A stretch of 64,000 nucleotides of DNA from an uncultured Gammaproteobacteria bacterium (GCA_964431555.1 CAYSJW010000023.1:33368-97367); one strand, 5' to 3'; counted from the first letter of the stretch, positions 9,313 to 18,581 are shown. A program made the numbers and translations. Notes: generated by a model from the sequence alone, not told the origin.

Positions 9313-9641
9313 AACTTTCGAAAATAATTTTTAACAATTTCTATGAACTTTTCTCTTCTTTTTTGATCCAAGATTTCTAAACTATCGTTTCCTAATCTTG
9401 GTCTAAGATTTAAAACAGCAGTAGTATCAATAAGTTTCTTCTTTAAATCAATTCCACCACCCCAAATATCGTCTTGCCTACTTCCTTTTTTCAAAAGCAG
9501 TTTTTCTGCATCGGCATGAAGACCGCTTCCAACAAATATCCACTTATTTTCCAAATCAATTGTTAATTTAAAATAATTTCCAAATTGTTTTCGCAACCTT
9601 TCTATTTCCTGCGGCGTTAAAACCTTATCAATAAACTCCAT
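9303..9641 (-). CDS. Hypothetical protein (112 aa).
   Basis: Complete ORF with no recognised motif. Confidence 0.45.
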   Translation of the reverse strand: MEFIDKVLTPQEIERLRKQFGNYFKLTIDLENKWIFVGSGLHADAEKLLLKKGSRQDDIWGGGIDLKKKLIDTTAVLNLRPRLGNDSLEILDQKRREKFIEIVKNYFRKLWH

Positions 9642-9676
9642 CCCTTATATTTTATCATCAAGTTGTAAAAAATAGG

Positions 9677-9809
9677 TGGGAGGTGTTATAACAGTTCACC
9701 CGACGCGTGTGATATGACACTTACTTCTCACAAATCACAACTTATTACTAACCACCAATTCTTAACAAGATAACCCATTGTTGGAATTTACTCAAAACCC
9801 GGTGTTGGG
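9677..9809. repeat. Diverged composite repeat copy. Order is R-like module (gggaggtgttataacagttcacccgacgcgtgtgata), then a G-poor CA tract, then a P hairpin (ctcaaaac-ccg-gtgttggg).
   Basis: Direct comparison with the other copies. Confidence 0.75.
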
Positions 9810-9889
9810 AATTATATTGGGGTATATAACATAAACTTATTTTACTCTCATTCCTAAATTTAATATCCTCTTACCTAAATATAGCAGAA

Positions 9890-10954
9890 TTGATAAGATA
9901 TAACCTAATGAGTACGGGGGGAGAACCAATAGTTGAACAACCTCCACCTTCAACTCCAGAAAGAAATACTCAAGAAGTTTTCGACCCTGTAAATGAGTGG
10001 AAAAGAATAGAAGATACTGTCGCACTTGAGATAACCGAAGGGAGAACGAGTGGCAACTTTGATGATAAGATTAAACTCCGAAATAGACTGATAAGTGAAT
10101 TGGCCAAAAAATTTGTACCTACAGTGGTAGAAAATGAAAGGGAATTGTTCGAAAGGCTAAGTGCGGTTGATAGAGCTAATTGGGGTCTTGAGGAAATCCA
10201 ACGGTTAAATAGCCAATTGCATCCAGAGTTTTATATTCATGAACTAATTGACTTGAGGACGCTAGCGGAACTTATTGGCGTAGGAAATTACTATCACTCT
10301 AAAATGTCCTATTGGAAAAAAGAGGGTCTAATCAACAAGACATGGGTAGCAATAGATACGGTAGATGCAGTGTGCGTAACTTCCGGTCTGCTGGCACTTG
10401 CAAAGAAAGAGGGAATTCAGCTTGGTAAAAAAGTGGTAGATTTGGGCGGTGGAGATGGTACTTGGGGCTTTGTATTGTGGAAACTAGGTTTCAATGTAAC
10501 CTTAATAGAACGAGACCCAACTCTTATTCAACAACTCCAGTTTGAAAAAGGGAAATTGGAGAAGATACTTGAAGTAAAAATATGGCCCTTACAAACTATA
10601 AATGGCGAGTTTTCCACCGACGATGCTAAAAATACTCCTCAAATACGAATGGCTTTGCGTAAAGCGGATGTAATGGTAAGTTATCCCTGGCCTAATGAAG
10701 TGCTAGACAGAATGAAATTGTTTAGTCAGTATGGGAAAAACAACGCGCTTCTCGTAATGTATGGGGGCAGTCCGAATGGATTTTCAACCAATACTGGGGA
10801 CATAACCAACTGTGGATTGGAAGTTGTCGGAAGTGAAATAAATGAAAAATTAAAAAGCAGTGGTGGTGAGCTACAATGGGTACGTGGCTACCCAGCCCCA
10901 CAGTCTGGAGTAAGTTGGGTTGTGTTGAGAAAAGCCACTACTAGTGATAGATAA
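9890..10954 (+). CDS. Class I SAM-dependent methyltransferase-like protein with an N-terminal extra domain.
   Basis: Motif I VVDLGGGDGTWGFVL, then an acidic residue at the end of the beta2-equivalent (LIERD). No DPPY/NPPY DNA-MTase motif. Confidence 0.55.
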   Translation: MIRYNLMSTGGEPIVEQPPPSTPERNTQEVFDPVNEWKRIEDTVALEITEGRTSGNFDDKIKLRNRLISELAKKFVPTVVENERELFERLSAVDRANWGLEEIQRLNSQLHPEFYIHELIDLRTLAELIGVGNYYHSKMSYWKKEGLINKTWVAIDTVDAVCVTSGLLALAKKEGIQLGKKVVDLGGGDGTWGFVLWKLGFNVTLIERDPTLIQQLQFEKGKLEKILEVKIWPLQTINGEFSTDDAKNTPQIRMALRKADVMVSYPWPNEVLDRMKLFSQYGKNNALLVMYGGSPNGFSTNTGDITNCGLEVVGSEINEKLKSSGGELQWVRGYPAPQSGVSWVVLRKATTSDR

Positions 10955-11185
10955 TCACCCACACCCTACCCGGATTTTCTACCCCCAATCTACATAGAAA
11001 CAAAAAAATCCACGGGATAAATTTATTAATTCCTACTCAATGATTTGAACTAGTATACCTTAAAATTACATTTGTCTTTACCAAAACCAAAACTCTATAT
11101 GTTTATAAAAGGAGACACTCAAGTTTGAATTATTTTAATATTTTTTCTATAAAGAAAGGTTATCTAGATAATATAATAAATATAA

Positions 11186-11428
11186 CCTACTCAACACCTG
11201 GTGTTGAGAATTCACTAAATTTAATTCTTAATTCTCAAATAAACAAACCAGTAGCGAAACAACTTTGCAACAATAATTTACGAAAAAAGTGAGGGGTGTC
11301 ATATCAGTTCACCCGACGGGTGTGATATTTCTCTCACAACCCACTACCCAACACTCACTTCCCACAACTCACTCTTTCTGAAAAAACCTATTGTTCAAAC
11401 CTACTCAACACCCGGTGTTGAGAATTGT
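11186..11428. repeat. Longest composite repeat copy, in the order P hairpin, Q core, R hairpin, S G-free CA tract, second P hairpin.
   Basis: Q+R are near-identical to 3361-3477. S+P match 1921-1993. Confidence 0.85.
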
Positions 11429-11594
11429 TTCCATATTCTCAAACCGCAATTTACCATTAAACATAAAGATAATAACAAGAATAGAAAAAATTAAAAATAA
11501 TTAACAATTTAATCCACATCTTCGGTGGTGTCGTCCAAATTCTAACTTTCGCACACTAACTTTTTTACATCTAATCTAAAAAGAAAATTTACTA

Positions 11595-11644
11595 TTGACA
11601 TTGATTGTTGGTTTGATAATATAGACCTATACCTAGGGTATAGG
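11595..11644 (+). promoter_or_regulatory. Sigma-70-type promoter (TTGACA 11595-11600, 16-nt spacer, TAATAT 11617-11622) overlapped at its downstream end by an 8-3-8 inverted repeat (cctatacc-tag-ggtatagg, 11626-11644). The inverted repeat is a candidate CsoR operator.
   Basis: Hexamers and palindrome read directly. The palindrome has the ATACC...GGTAT character of known CsoR boxes and lies 34 nt upstream of csoR. Confidence 0.55.
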
Positions 11645-11677
11645 TATCAAAAAATAAAATTTCTGATTTTTAAAATC

Positions 11678-11950
11678 ATGACAACTCAAAAAGAAAAAAC
11701 TCTCATTAATTTCAAAAAAGCCCAAAGCCTATTGTCCAAAATTATTAAAATGCTGGAAGCCGATGAATATTGCATTGATATTATGCAGCAAAATTTGGCA
11801 GTGATAGGACTCTTAAAATCTGCCCACCAGATGCTCATGGAAAATCACCTCAATACCTGCTTTAAAACGGCAATGGCAACAAAAAAAGAAAAGAAGAAAC
11901 AAGAGATGGTTCAAGAAATATTAAAAGTTACAAAACTATTTAATAAATAA
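11678..11950 (+). CDS. csoR: CsoR/RcnR-family metal-sensing transcriptional repressor.
   Basis: 90 aa. Cys in ADEYCID, His in SAHQML, Cys in LNTCF, matching the x-Cys...His...Cys metal-ligand spacing of the CsoR family. Confidence 0.75.
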   Translation: MTTQKEKTLINFKKAQSLLSKIIKMLEADEYCIDIMQQNLAVIGLLKSAHQMLMENHLNTCFKTAMATKKEKKKQEMVQEILKVTKLFNK

Positions 11951-11959
11951 CCAAATTAC

Positions 11960-13486
11960 ATGTCTAAAAAAACTAAAGAATATACCCTTTACGTCAAAGG
12001 AATGCATTGTGCATCCTGTGAGATCTTGATTGAGAAAAGGTTACTAGAACTAAAAAACATAAAATTCGTCAAACCTTCAACAGCTAAAGGTGAAGTATTG
12101 ATTAAATACAACAACAAAAAACCTAGTCTTCACAAACTAAATGAAATTTTTAAAAAAGAAGGATATATCTTTTCCGAAGATCAAAAAGATGCAATAAGCA
12201 GCTTTAAGCCGAAAGAATTTTTTACTAATCTTGGCATAGGATTATTAATTATTATCGGTTTCATCGGATTAAATAGCTTAGGATTATCAGGATTGATAAA
12301 TGTGGGTTCAAAATCGTCTTTGCCAATGTTTTTTTTGTTCGGACTTCTTGCTGGGATTTCTAGCTGCGCAGCTTTAGTCGGCGGATTAATCCTTTCAATG
12401 TCAAAACATTGGAGTGAACTATATTCAGATTCCGAACCCCTATGGAAAAAAATTCAGCCTAATTTAATTTTTAACACAGGTAGATTTATTTCCTATGGAG
12501 TTTTTGGTGCAATATTAGGAGCAATAGGTAGCAAAATAAACTTTTCACTTAAATTTGGACCAATCTTGGTTGTTGTCATTTCTGTAATAATGATCTTTCT
12601 AGCTTTTCAAATGTTTGGACTTAAGATATTTAGAAAATTTCAATTTACAATGCCAAAATTTATAACAAAATTTATTACCAATGAGTCCAATTTCAAGGGC
12701 CGCTATATGCCATTTTTTATGGGTGCATTTACCTTCTTTTTGCCTTGCGGCTTTACGATAACCACTCAAAGTTTAGCCTTAATTTCCGGAAGTGCAATTC
12801 AGGGAGGACTAATTATGTTTTCATTCGCTTTGGGAACTTTACCAATGCTTTTACTTATAGGATTATCTAGCACCAATTTCCTACAAAAGCCGCATTTATC
12901 TGAAAGATTTTTTAAAATAGCCGGTATTTTGGTTCTATTTTTCGCTCTCTACAATATTAATTCTCAATTAAATGTCTTGGGGATCTCAAGCCTTAGCGAC
13001 TTAAGTTTCAATTCAACTAAATTTTACGATATTAATAAAAATGTTTCATCTAAAAACGAATACGGGCTGGCTCCAATTGTTAATGGCAAACAAATCCTGA
13101 AAATGAACGCTTTCTCTTATGGTTATTCGCCGGATTATTTTAAAGTAAGAACCGGAGTACCAGTAAGATGGGAAATTACAGATAAAGGAACCAGCGGTTG
13201 TACTAATGCTGTCATTTCAAAAAGTTTATTTGAAGGTGAAATTCCCTTGACCCCAGGTCAAACTAGTATAAAAGAATTTACTCCCGAAAAACCAGGTAAA
13301 TACAAATTTAGTTGTTGGATGGGAATGATTTCCGGGATTATAGAAGTTGTGGATAAGGATAATCTAACATCTCAAAGTAACATTTCAAATGATAACGGTG
13401 ATCTATTTGTCCCATCAAAGGTGGAGAATTCAAACGGAAGTTGTAGTTGTGGTACAAATGTGAAGTGCGGTTGTGGCGGAAGATAA
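11960..13486 (+). CDS. Copper-handling fusion protein: an N-terminal HMA domain, a polytopic DsbD/CcdA-like membrane core with two intramembrane Cys, and a C-terminal cupredoxin-like domain with a Cys-rich tail.
   Basis: GMHCASCE (MxCxxC). TM Cys in GISSCAAL and FLPCGFT. C-terminal ...GKYKFSCWMGMISGIIEV and ...SNGSCSCGTNVKCGCGGR. Confidence 0.6.
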   Translation: MSKKTKEYTLYVKGMHCASCEILIEKRLLELKNIKFVKPSTAKGEVLIKYNNKKPSLHKLNEIFKKEGYIFSEDQKDAISSFKPKEFFTNLGIGLLIIIGFIGLNSLGLSGLINVGSKSSLPMFFLFGLLAGISSCAALVGGLILSMSKHWSELYSDSEPLWKKIQPNLIFNTGRFISYGVFGAILGAIGSKINFSLKFGPILVVVISVIMIFLAFQMFGLKIFRKFQFTMPKFITKFITNESNFKGRYMPFFMGAFTFFLPCGFTITTQSLALISGSAIQGGLIMFSFALGTLPMLLLIGLSSTNFLQKPHLSERFFKIAGILVLFFALYNINSQLNVLGISSLSDLSFNSTKFYDINKNVSSKNEYGLAPIVNGKQILKMNAFSYGYSPDYFKVRTGVPVRWEITDKGTSGCTNAVISKSLFEGEIPLTPGQTSIKEFTPEKPGKYKFSCWMGMISGIIEVVDKDNLTSQSNISNDNGDLFVPSKVENSNGSCSCGTNVKCGCGGR

Positions 13487-13515
13487 AATTTTTCATTTAT
13501 ATAAACCGCAAAACA

Positions 13516-13659
13516 ATGAAAGAATTATACCAATGTTCAATTTGTAAGCTATGGTATAAAGAAAAAAAGTGGGCTAAAAAATGTAAAGCATGGTGCAAAA
13601 AGCATAAAAGTTGTAATTTGGAAATAACAAGACATGCAAAATCTAATAAAAACCCATGA
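13516..13659 (+). CDS. Small Cys-rich, Lys/Trp-rich protein (47 aa) with a CxxC-x12-CxxxC-x5-C pattern. Putative metal-binding (TRASH/zinc-ribbon-like).
   Basis: [34 protein letters not shown]... Its stop overlaps the copA start (ATGA). Confidence 0.45.
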   Translation: MKELYQCSICKLWYKEKKWAKKCKAWCKKHKSCNLEITRHAKSNKNP

Positions 13660-15962
13660 GGAAAACAATCTTAAAAATCTCGGGTATGCACTGCGCCTCG
13701 TGCGTCACAAATATTGAAAATACCCTTAAAAAAGAAGTCGGGATTAAATCCGCTAATATAAATTTCGTTTCAGAGAAACTTTATTTGGAATTTGACCCCA
13801 CTGAAATAAGTATTACCAAAATTCAAAAAATTATAGAAAACTTGGGATACAGGGCAACAGAAGAAAATATTGAGGAAGAAGTGCACGATCATCGTAAGGA
13901 AGTAAAGAGCCGAGAAATCCAAAAGTTGAAAAAACGTTTTATTCTCGCTTTGATTTTCAGTCTGCCCATTATGTATATGGCAATGGGAGAAATGGTTGGA
14001 CTGCCGATGCCAATAATTTTTGAAAATTATGCCACTATTATTCAGTTTGTTTTGGCAACGGCTATTATCGTTTCTTGTTTTAATATTTGGACTTCTGGTT
14101 TCAAAAATTTACTACGGCTTTCCCCTAATATGGATTCTCTTATCTTCATTGGCACAGCTACGGCTTATTTTTATAGTTTAATTATTTCTGTTTTGATGTT
14201 TTTAGGTAAAGAAGTTGATATTCATCTTTACTATGAAAGCGCCGCTCTTATTTTAGCTTTTATTTCTTTGGGGAAATATCTTGAAGCCATTACTAAAGGA
14301 AAAACCAGTGAAGCAATTAAAAAACTAATCGGTCTTCAGCCAAAGGAAGCAACAATATTAATCGAAAATCCAAAATTCAAAAATCAAAATGACAATTCAA
14401 AATCCAAAATTGATGAATATGAAGAAAGGAAAATTCCAATATCAGAAGTTAAGGTTGGAGATATTATTCTGGTAAAGCCCGGCGAAAAAATTCCCGTTGA
14501 CGGAATTGTTATTGATGGTTACTCCGGTGTCGATGAAAAAGCAATTACGGGAGAAAGTATTCCGGTTGAAAAGAAGAAAGGCGATAAGGTAATCGGCGCA
14601 ACCATCAATAAAACAGGTATTTTGAGATTTAAAGCCACCCGAGTTGGCAGAGACACAATGCTAGCCCAAATAATAAAAATAGTCGAGGAAGCAATGGGCT
14701 CCAAAGCACCAATCCAACTTTTAGCAGACAAGGTCTCTTTTTATTTTGTTCCAACCGTAATTGTTATTGCTATTTTATCTTTTGCTGTCTGGTTTTCGTT
14801 AGGTCAACCTCTTGCTTTTGCTTTAACAGTTTTTGTTGCTATCTTAATTATTGCCTGCCCCTGCGCTTTGGGATTAGCAACTCCAACCGCTGTAATGATG
14901 GGCACAGGTTTAGCAGCAAAATACGGTATCTTAATTAAAAGTAGTAAAGCCTTGGAAATTGCTAGAAACATAGACATCGTCATTTTTGATAAAACGGGAA
15001 CGCTAACCAAAGGAGAACCAACTGTAACCGACATTATAGAAATTCAAAATTCAAAACCCAAAATTCAAAATGACAGTGGAAAATTAAAAATTTTACAGAT
15101 TGCGGCATCGGTTGAGAAAAATTCCGAACATCCTTTGGCTCAAGCAATCGTTAATAAAGCGAAAGAAGAAAAGATTAATTTCTCAAAAGTAAAAAATTTT
15201 CAAGCCATACCCGGTCAAGGGGTTTCGGCAGTGGTAGATGGCAAAAAAATACTTTTGGGAACAAGAAAGTTAATGGCTGATAATCAAATCAATCCAAGTC
15301 AAATTGAAGAAAAACTAACAGTCTTAGAAGATCAAGGAAAAACAGTAATGATTTTAGCCAAAGACAAAGAGATTATTGGAATTATTGCGGTGGCTGACAC
15401 TCTTAAGGAATACACAAAAGAAGCAGTTAAGATGCTTCATAAAATGAGAAAGAAAGTAGCAATAATTACCGGAGATAATAAAAGGGTTGGACAAGCGATT
15501 GCCAAGCAAATTGGTATAGATAGAGTTTTAGCTGAAGTTTTACCCCAAGAAAAAGCAACTGAAATTAAAAAATTACAAGAAGAGGGAAATATTGTAGCGA
15601 TGGTTGGTGATGGTATAAACGATGCGCCGGCTTTGGCTCAAGCTGATTTAGGGATAGCTTTAGGTTCTGGTACTGATGTGGCAATGGAAACGGGAGAAAT
15701 AGTTTTAATTAAAGATGATTTGAGAGATGTAATAACCACCATTGAGTTGAGCAAATATATTTTAAACAAAATTAAGCAAAATCTTTTCTGGGCTTTTTTC
15801 TACAATGTTATCGGTATACCAATCGCAGCAGGTGTCTTATATCCAGTTACCGGTTGGCTCTTAAATCCAGTAATCGCTTCCGCCTCAATGGCATTCTCCT
15901 CGATTAGTGTCGTTTCCAATACTCTCTTAATGAAAAGGTACAAATTACCAATAGCTGAATAA
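13656..15962 (+). CDS. copA: Copper-translocating P1B-type ATPase.
   Basis: N-terminal HMA GMHCASC, TM CPC motif ([12 protein letters not shown]), [17 protein letters not shown]. Confidence 0.92.
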   Translation: MRKTILKISGMHCASCVTNIENTLKKEVGIKSANINFVSEKLYLEFDPTEISITKIQKIIENLGYRATEENIEEEVHDHRKEVKSREIQKLKKRFILALIFSLPIMYMAMGEMVGLPMPIIFENYATIIQFVLATAIIVSCFNIWTSGFKNLLRLSPNMDSLIFIGTATAYFYSLIISVLMFLGKEVDIHLYYESAALILAFISLGKYLEAITKGKTSEAIKKLIGLQPKEATILIENPKFKNQNDNSKSKIDEYEERKIPISEVKVGDIILVKPGEKIPVDGIVIDGYSGVDEKAITGESIPVEKKKGDKVIGATINKTGILRFKATRVGRDTMLAQIIKIVEEAMGSKAPIQLLADKVSFYFVPTVIVIAILSFAVWFSLGQPLAFALTVFVAILIIACPCALGLATPTAVMMGTGLAAKYGILIKSSKALEIARNIDIVIFDKTGTLTKGEPTVTDIIEIQNSKPKIQNDSGKLKILQIAASVEKNSEHPLAQAIVNKAKEEKINFSKVKNFQAIPGQGVSAVVDGKKILLGTRKLMADNQINPSQIEEKLTVLEDQGKTVMILAKDKEIIGIIAVADTLKEYTKEAVKMLHKMRKKVAIITGDNKRVGQAIAKQIGIDRVLAEVLPQEKATEIKKLQEEGNIVAMVGDGINDAPALAQADLGIALGSGTDVAMETGEIVLIKDDLRDVITTIELSKYILNKIKQNLFWAFFYNVIGIPIAAGVLYPVTGWLLNPVIASASMAFSSISVVSNTLLMKRYKLPIAE

Positions 15963-16081
15963 TCATAAAAAAATTATTCCAATCATTCGGAACATCTGAA
16001 ATAACAAAAAATTTTTTTATTTGATTCTACAATTCATTTTCTAAAAGAATTACGAAGCCAATGTTTATATAACTTTCAAAG

Positions 16082-16152
16082 TCGGGGTGGGCAGAGTCGA
16101 ACTGCCGCCGGACGCACCCCATGCGCCCATTCTACCGTTAAACTACACCCCG
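16082..16152 (-). tRNA. tRNA-Pro (anticodon GGG).
   Basis: Hand-folded. Acceptor CGGGGTG/CACCCCG (7 bp). Anticodon stem GGCGC/GCGTC with loop AUGGGGU, giving anticodon GGG with G37. T arm GGCAG-UUCGACU-CUGCC. Discriminator A. CCA not encoded. Confidence 0.75.
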
Positions 16153-16179
16153 TCCTAGAAACAAACTTTGCTTTTCGCA

Positions 16180-16207
16180 ATTTATTGGCACCGATTGTAT
16201 TTTACAA
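16180..16207 (-). promoter_or_regulatory. Possible promoter for the tRNA-Pro gene (minus strand TTGTAA, 16 nt spacer, TAAATT), about 20 nt upstream of the mature 5' end.
   Basis: Hexamer match only. Confidence 0.3.
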
Positions 16208-16307
16208 CCAAATGCCTTATTCTGCATATATAAATAATCTCTGGGTGCCAAGATCACCAATCACCGGTGGTGCTTATTACCCGAAATTATTAAATTGATA
16301 CCGAAAT

Positions 16308-16970
16308 ATGATCGATACCATCCTAAACAGGCGAACAAGATATCTTCAGATTGCTTTAAACAGCACTCTTTCTGAAGCAACACAAATAATCCGCACACTT
16401 CCTAAAAGTGAGAGAATTCTTTTGGAAGCGGGTACTCCATTAATCAAACATTACGGGATTGAAGCAATAAAGTTCATAAAAAGTCTAAGACCTCAAAGTT
16501 ATATTGTTGCCGATCTAAAGACTATGGACAGAGGGGAGACGGAAGTAATTTTGGCAAAACAAGGAGGGGCTTCAGGTGTAGTTGCCCTTGGACAAGCGCC
16601 CATTGAAACCTTAGATAGCTTCACCCAATCTTGCGATAAATATGGTTTAGACAGCATGGTTGATATGATGAATATAGACTCTCCAATCAAGGTCTTAAGA
16701 AAACTCAAAAAATTACCCAAAGTTGTCATACTTCACCGCGGAGTTGATGAGGAAAAATTCAACCCTGACAAACCCATCCCCTATATTCAAATAAACAAAG
16801 TGCGTTCAAGTTATGATGTTTTAATTGCAATCGCCGGTGGAGATACAATAAGAGAAGTCCAAAGGGCAATTTTCAACGATGCAAACATTGTAGTTGTCTG
16901 GAAAGAATTTTATCAGGCAACCTCTCAAACAGCGAAAATTGCAGAGGAATTTTTGAGAGTTATAAAATAA
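16308..16970 (+). CDS. 3-hexulose-6-phosphate synthase-like enzyme (OMP-decarboxylase/KGPDC superfamily).
   Basis: LQIALN...LEAGTPLIK...IVADLKTMDRGE...IAGG pattern typical of HPS/KGPDC. Confidence 0.6.
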   Translation: MIDTILNRRTRYLQIALNSTLSEATQIIRTLPKSERILLEAGTPLIKHYGIEAIKFIKSLRPQSYIVADLKTMDRGETEVILAKQGGASGVVALGQAPIETLDSFTQSCDKYGLDSMVDMMNIDSPIKVLRKLKKLPKVVILHRGVDEEKFNPDKPIPYIQINKVRSSYDVLIAIAGGDTIREVQRAIFNDANIVVVWKEFYQATSQTAKIAEEFLRVIK

Positions 16971-17106
16971 ATTTATCTACAACCTTTCTAAAAACCTACT
17001 TTTTCCAAACCAAATCGTCACTAGGTATTATCCCGCCGTGTATATTTTATAAATTCACAAAAAAGTTTTCCTAACCTAAGAAGTTAAAAACTTCAATATC
17101 TTCAAA

Positions 17107-17856
17107 CTAGCTTTTAGAACCAAGTTTTTTAATTCCCTCGATAACCTCAATAGGAAGGGCAAAAACAACAGTATTTGAAGGATTGGCGGTTGTTGCCTCA
17201 ATGGTTTGAAGAGTGCGAAGAGATATTGCACCCGATGCCGCCATCTGCTCCATAGCTTTTTTGAGATTTTCCGATGCTGCCAATTCTCCCTGCGCCCGAA
17301 TGATCGTTGCCCTTCTTTCCCTTTCTGCCTCGGCTTGCTTTGCCATAGCTCTTTTCATATCGGCAGGCAACTCAATGTCCTGAATCTTGATTGCCGTAAC
17401 ATCAACACCCCAATCGACCGTTTCTTTATCAACAATCCCTTTAATTTCCTCGGCTATTTTTATCCTTTCAGTCAAAAGAGTATCCAGCTCAACCCCACCT
17501 ATAACATCGCGAAGTGCCGTTTGAGCGTATTGAGTTACTGCATAGGAGTAGTCTTGAATTTTTAGTACAGCATCTTCCGGCTTTGTTACCTGGAAATAAA
17601 CAACAGCGTTAATCCCAACCGGAACGTTATCCTTTGTTATAACCTCCTGCTGGGGAATATCAGAGGTGGTAATTCTGATATCTACTCTAATTAATCGCTG
17701 AATAATAGGTATAACGATTCTCAATCCAGGCTGAAGAGTGTAAGAATAAGACCCTAGAGTCAGTACAATTCCCCTCTCATATTGATCAATGACCTTCAAA
17801 CTTGATAAAACGAGCAAGACAACAAAAAACAGCAAAAACAAAGATAATCCACCCAT
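17107..17856 (-). CDS. SPFH/band-7 (stomatin/prohibitin-like) membrane protein.
   Basis: N-terminal TM. SPFH core ...DYSYAVTQYAQTALRDVIG...IQDIELP...AEAERER... coiled-coil tail. Confidence 0.8.
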   Translation of the reverse strand: MGGLSLFLLFFVVLLVLSSLKVIDQYERGIVLTLGSYSYTLQPGLRIVIPIIQRLIRVDIRITTSDIPQQEVITKDNVPVGINAVVYFQVTKPEDAVLKIQDYSYAVTQYAQTALRDVIGGVELDTLLTERIKIAEEIKGIVDKETVDWGVDVTAIKIQDIELPADMKRAMAKQAEAERERRATIIRAQGELAASENLKKAMEQMAASGAISLRTLQTIEATTANPSNTVVFALPIEVIEGIKKLGSKS

Positions 17857-17915
17857 ATATTAAAAATATTACCACTAAACACTTCAGTCAACAACAATTG
17901 CAGTTTGTGAGTTAT

Positions 17916-18581
17916 TTAAATTTCAAGTATTCTTCTTTCCTTAATTAATGAAGATATTCTCTCGTACTCTTCGGGAGACAGGGTCAAATTTAGCTTCTTC
18001 TCCTTACGCGAACTTTCAATAATCTTTTTTATATAATCGCTGCTTAATAAAAAATCCCCATTCGGCATTAGAGATAACAGTTTTTCGGTTCCCTTCAAGA
18101 ATTTCGCGAAATCTCCCTTATTTAGATTGTATCCGGCTTTATAAACTATAAGAGAATGAAGGTTTTTCTTTTCAGTTAGAAGGTAATTCTCGTAAACATA
18201 CAATAGATTTTCTAATAACTGTTCTTGAGAAAACAAATTTTTTGTAATCAAAAGATACCTATCAATTATACCCAACATTATTAACTGTTTAGTCACAAAA
18301 GATTCTCTAGACTTCTTAATACCATTGATAATATCCACAAGTACCATTATTAAAACTTCCCTAATGATGAAACTTTCCAAACGGCACTTTTTAAAAAAAA
18401 TCCTTCTTACAATTCCATGGGACAAAGGTTTTTTTCCAAAACCATAGAAAGACCATATTTTATCCTCCAGCAAAGGTCTAAAACTTTCCTCGACAAGATG
18501 AAGAACTAACTTGTTAATATCCTTGATTCCATAATTTATATTCACTCTTCTGTTTGATTTCATATAATAACCAAAAATCAA
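17916..18581 (-). CDS. Hypothetical protein.
   Basis: 221-aa ORF with no motif recognised. Confidence 0.4.
   Translation of the reverse strand: MIFGYYMKSNRRVNINYGIKDINKLVLHLVEESFRPLLEDKIWSFYGFGKKPLSHGIVRRIFFKKCRLESFIIREVLIMVLVDIINGIKKSRESFVTKQLIMLGIIDRYLLITKNLFSQEQLLENLLYVYENYLLTEKKNLHSLIVYKAGYNLNKGDFAKFLKGTEKLLSLMPNGDFLLSSDYIKKIIESSRKEKKLNLTLSPEEYERISSLIKERRILEI

Noticed and set aside
2019-10954. Possible restriction-modification pair, combining the nuclease-like 2019-2714 protein with the 9890-10954 methyltransferase.
   Set aside because: The methyltransferase lacks a (D/N/S)PP(Y/F/W) DNA-MTase motif. The nuclease motif is non-canonical (ExxK rather than (D/E)xK). The genes are 7 kb apart on opposite strands.
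1801-11428. Possibility that the interspersed repeats are a CRISPR array.
   Set aside because: The repeats are not regularly spaced. They are separated by whole genes rather than 30-40 bp spacers, and they are composite and heterogeneous. No cas genes are present.
16240-16270. 8-bp palindrome CACCGGTG upstream of the HPS-like gene.
   Set aside because: It is a single short palindrome with no partner half-sites. It is too short to call as an operator without comparative evidence.
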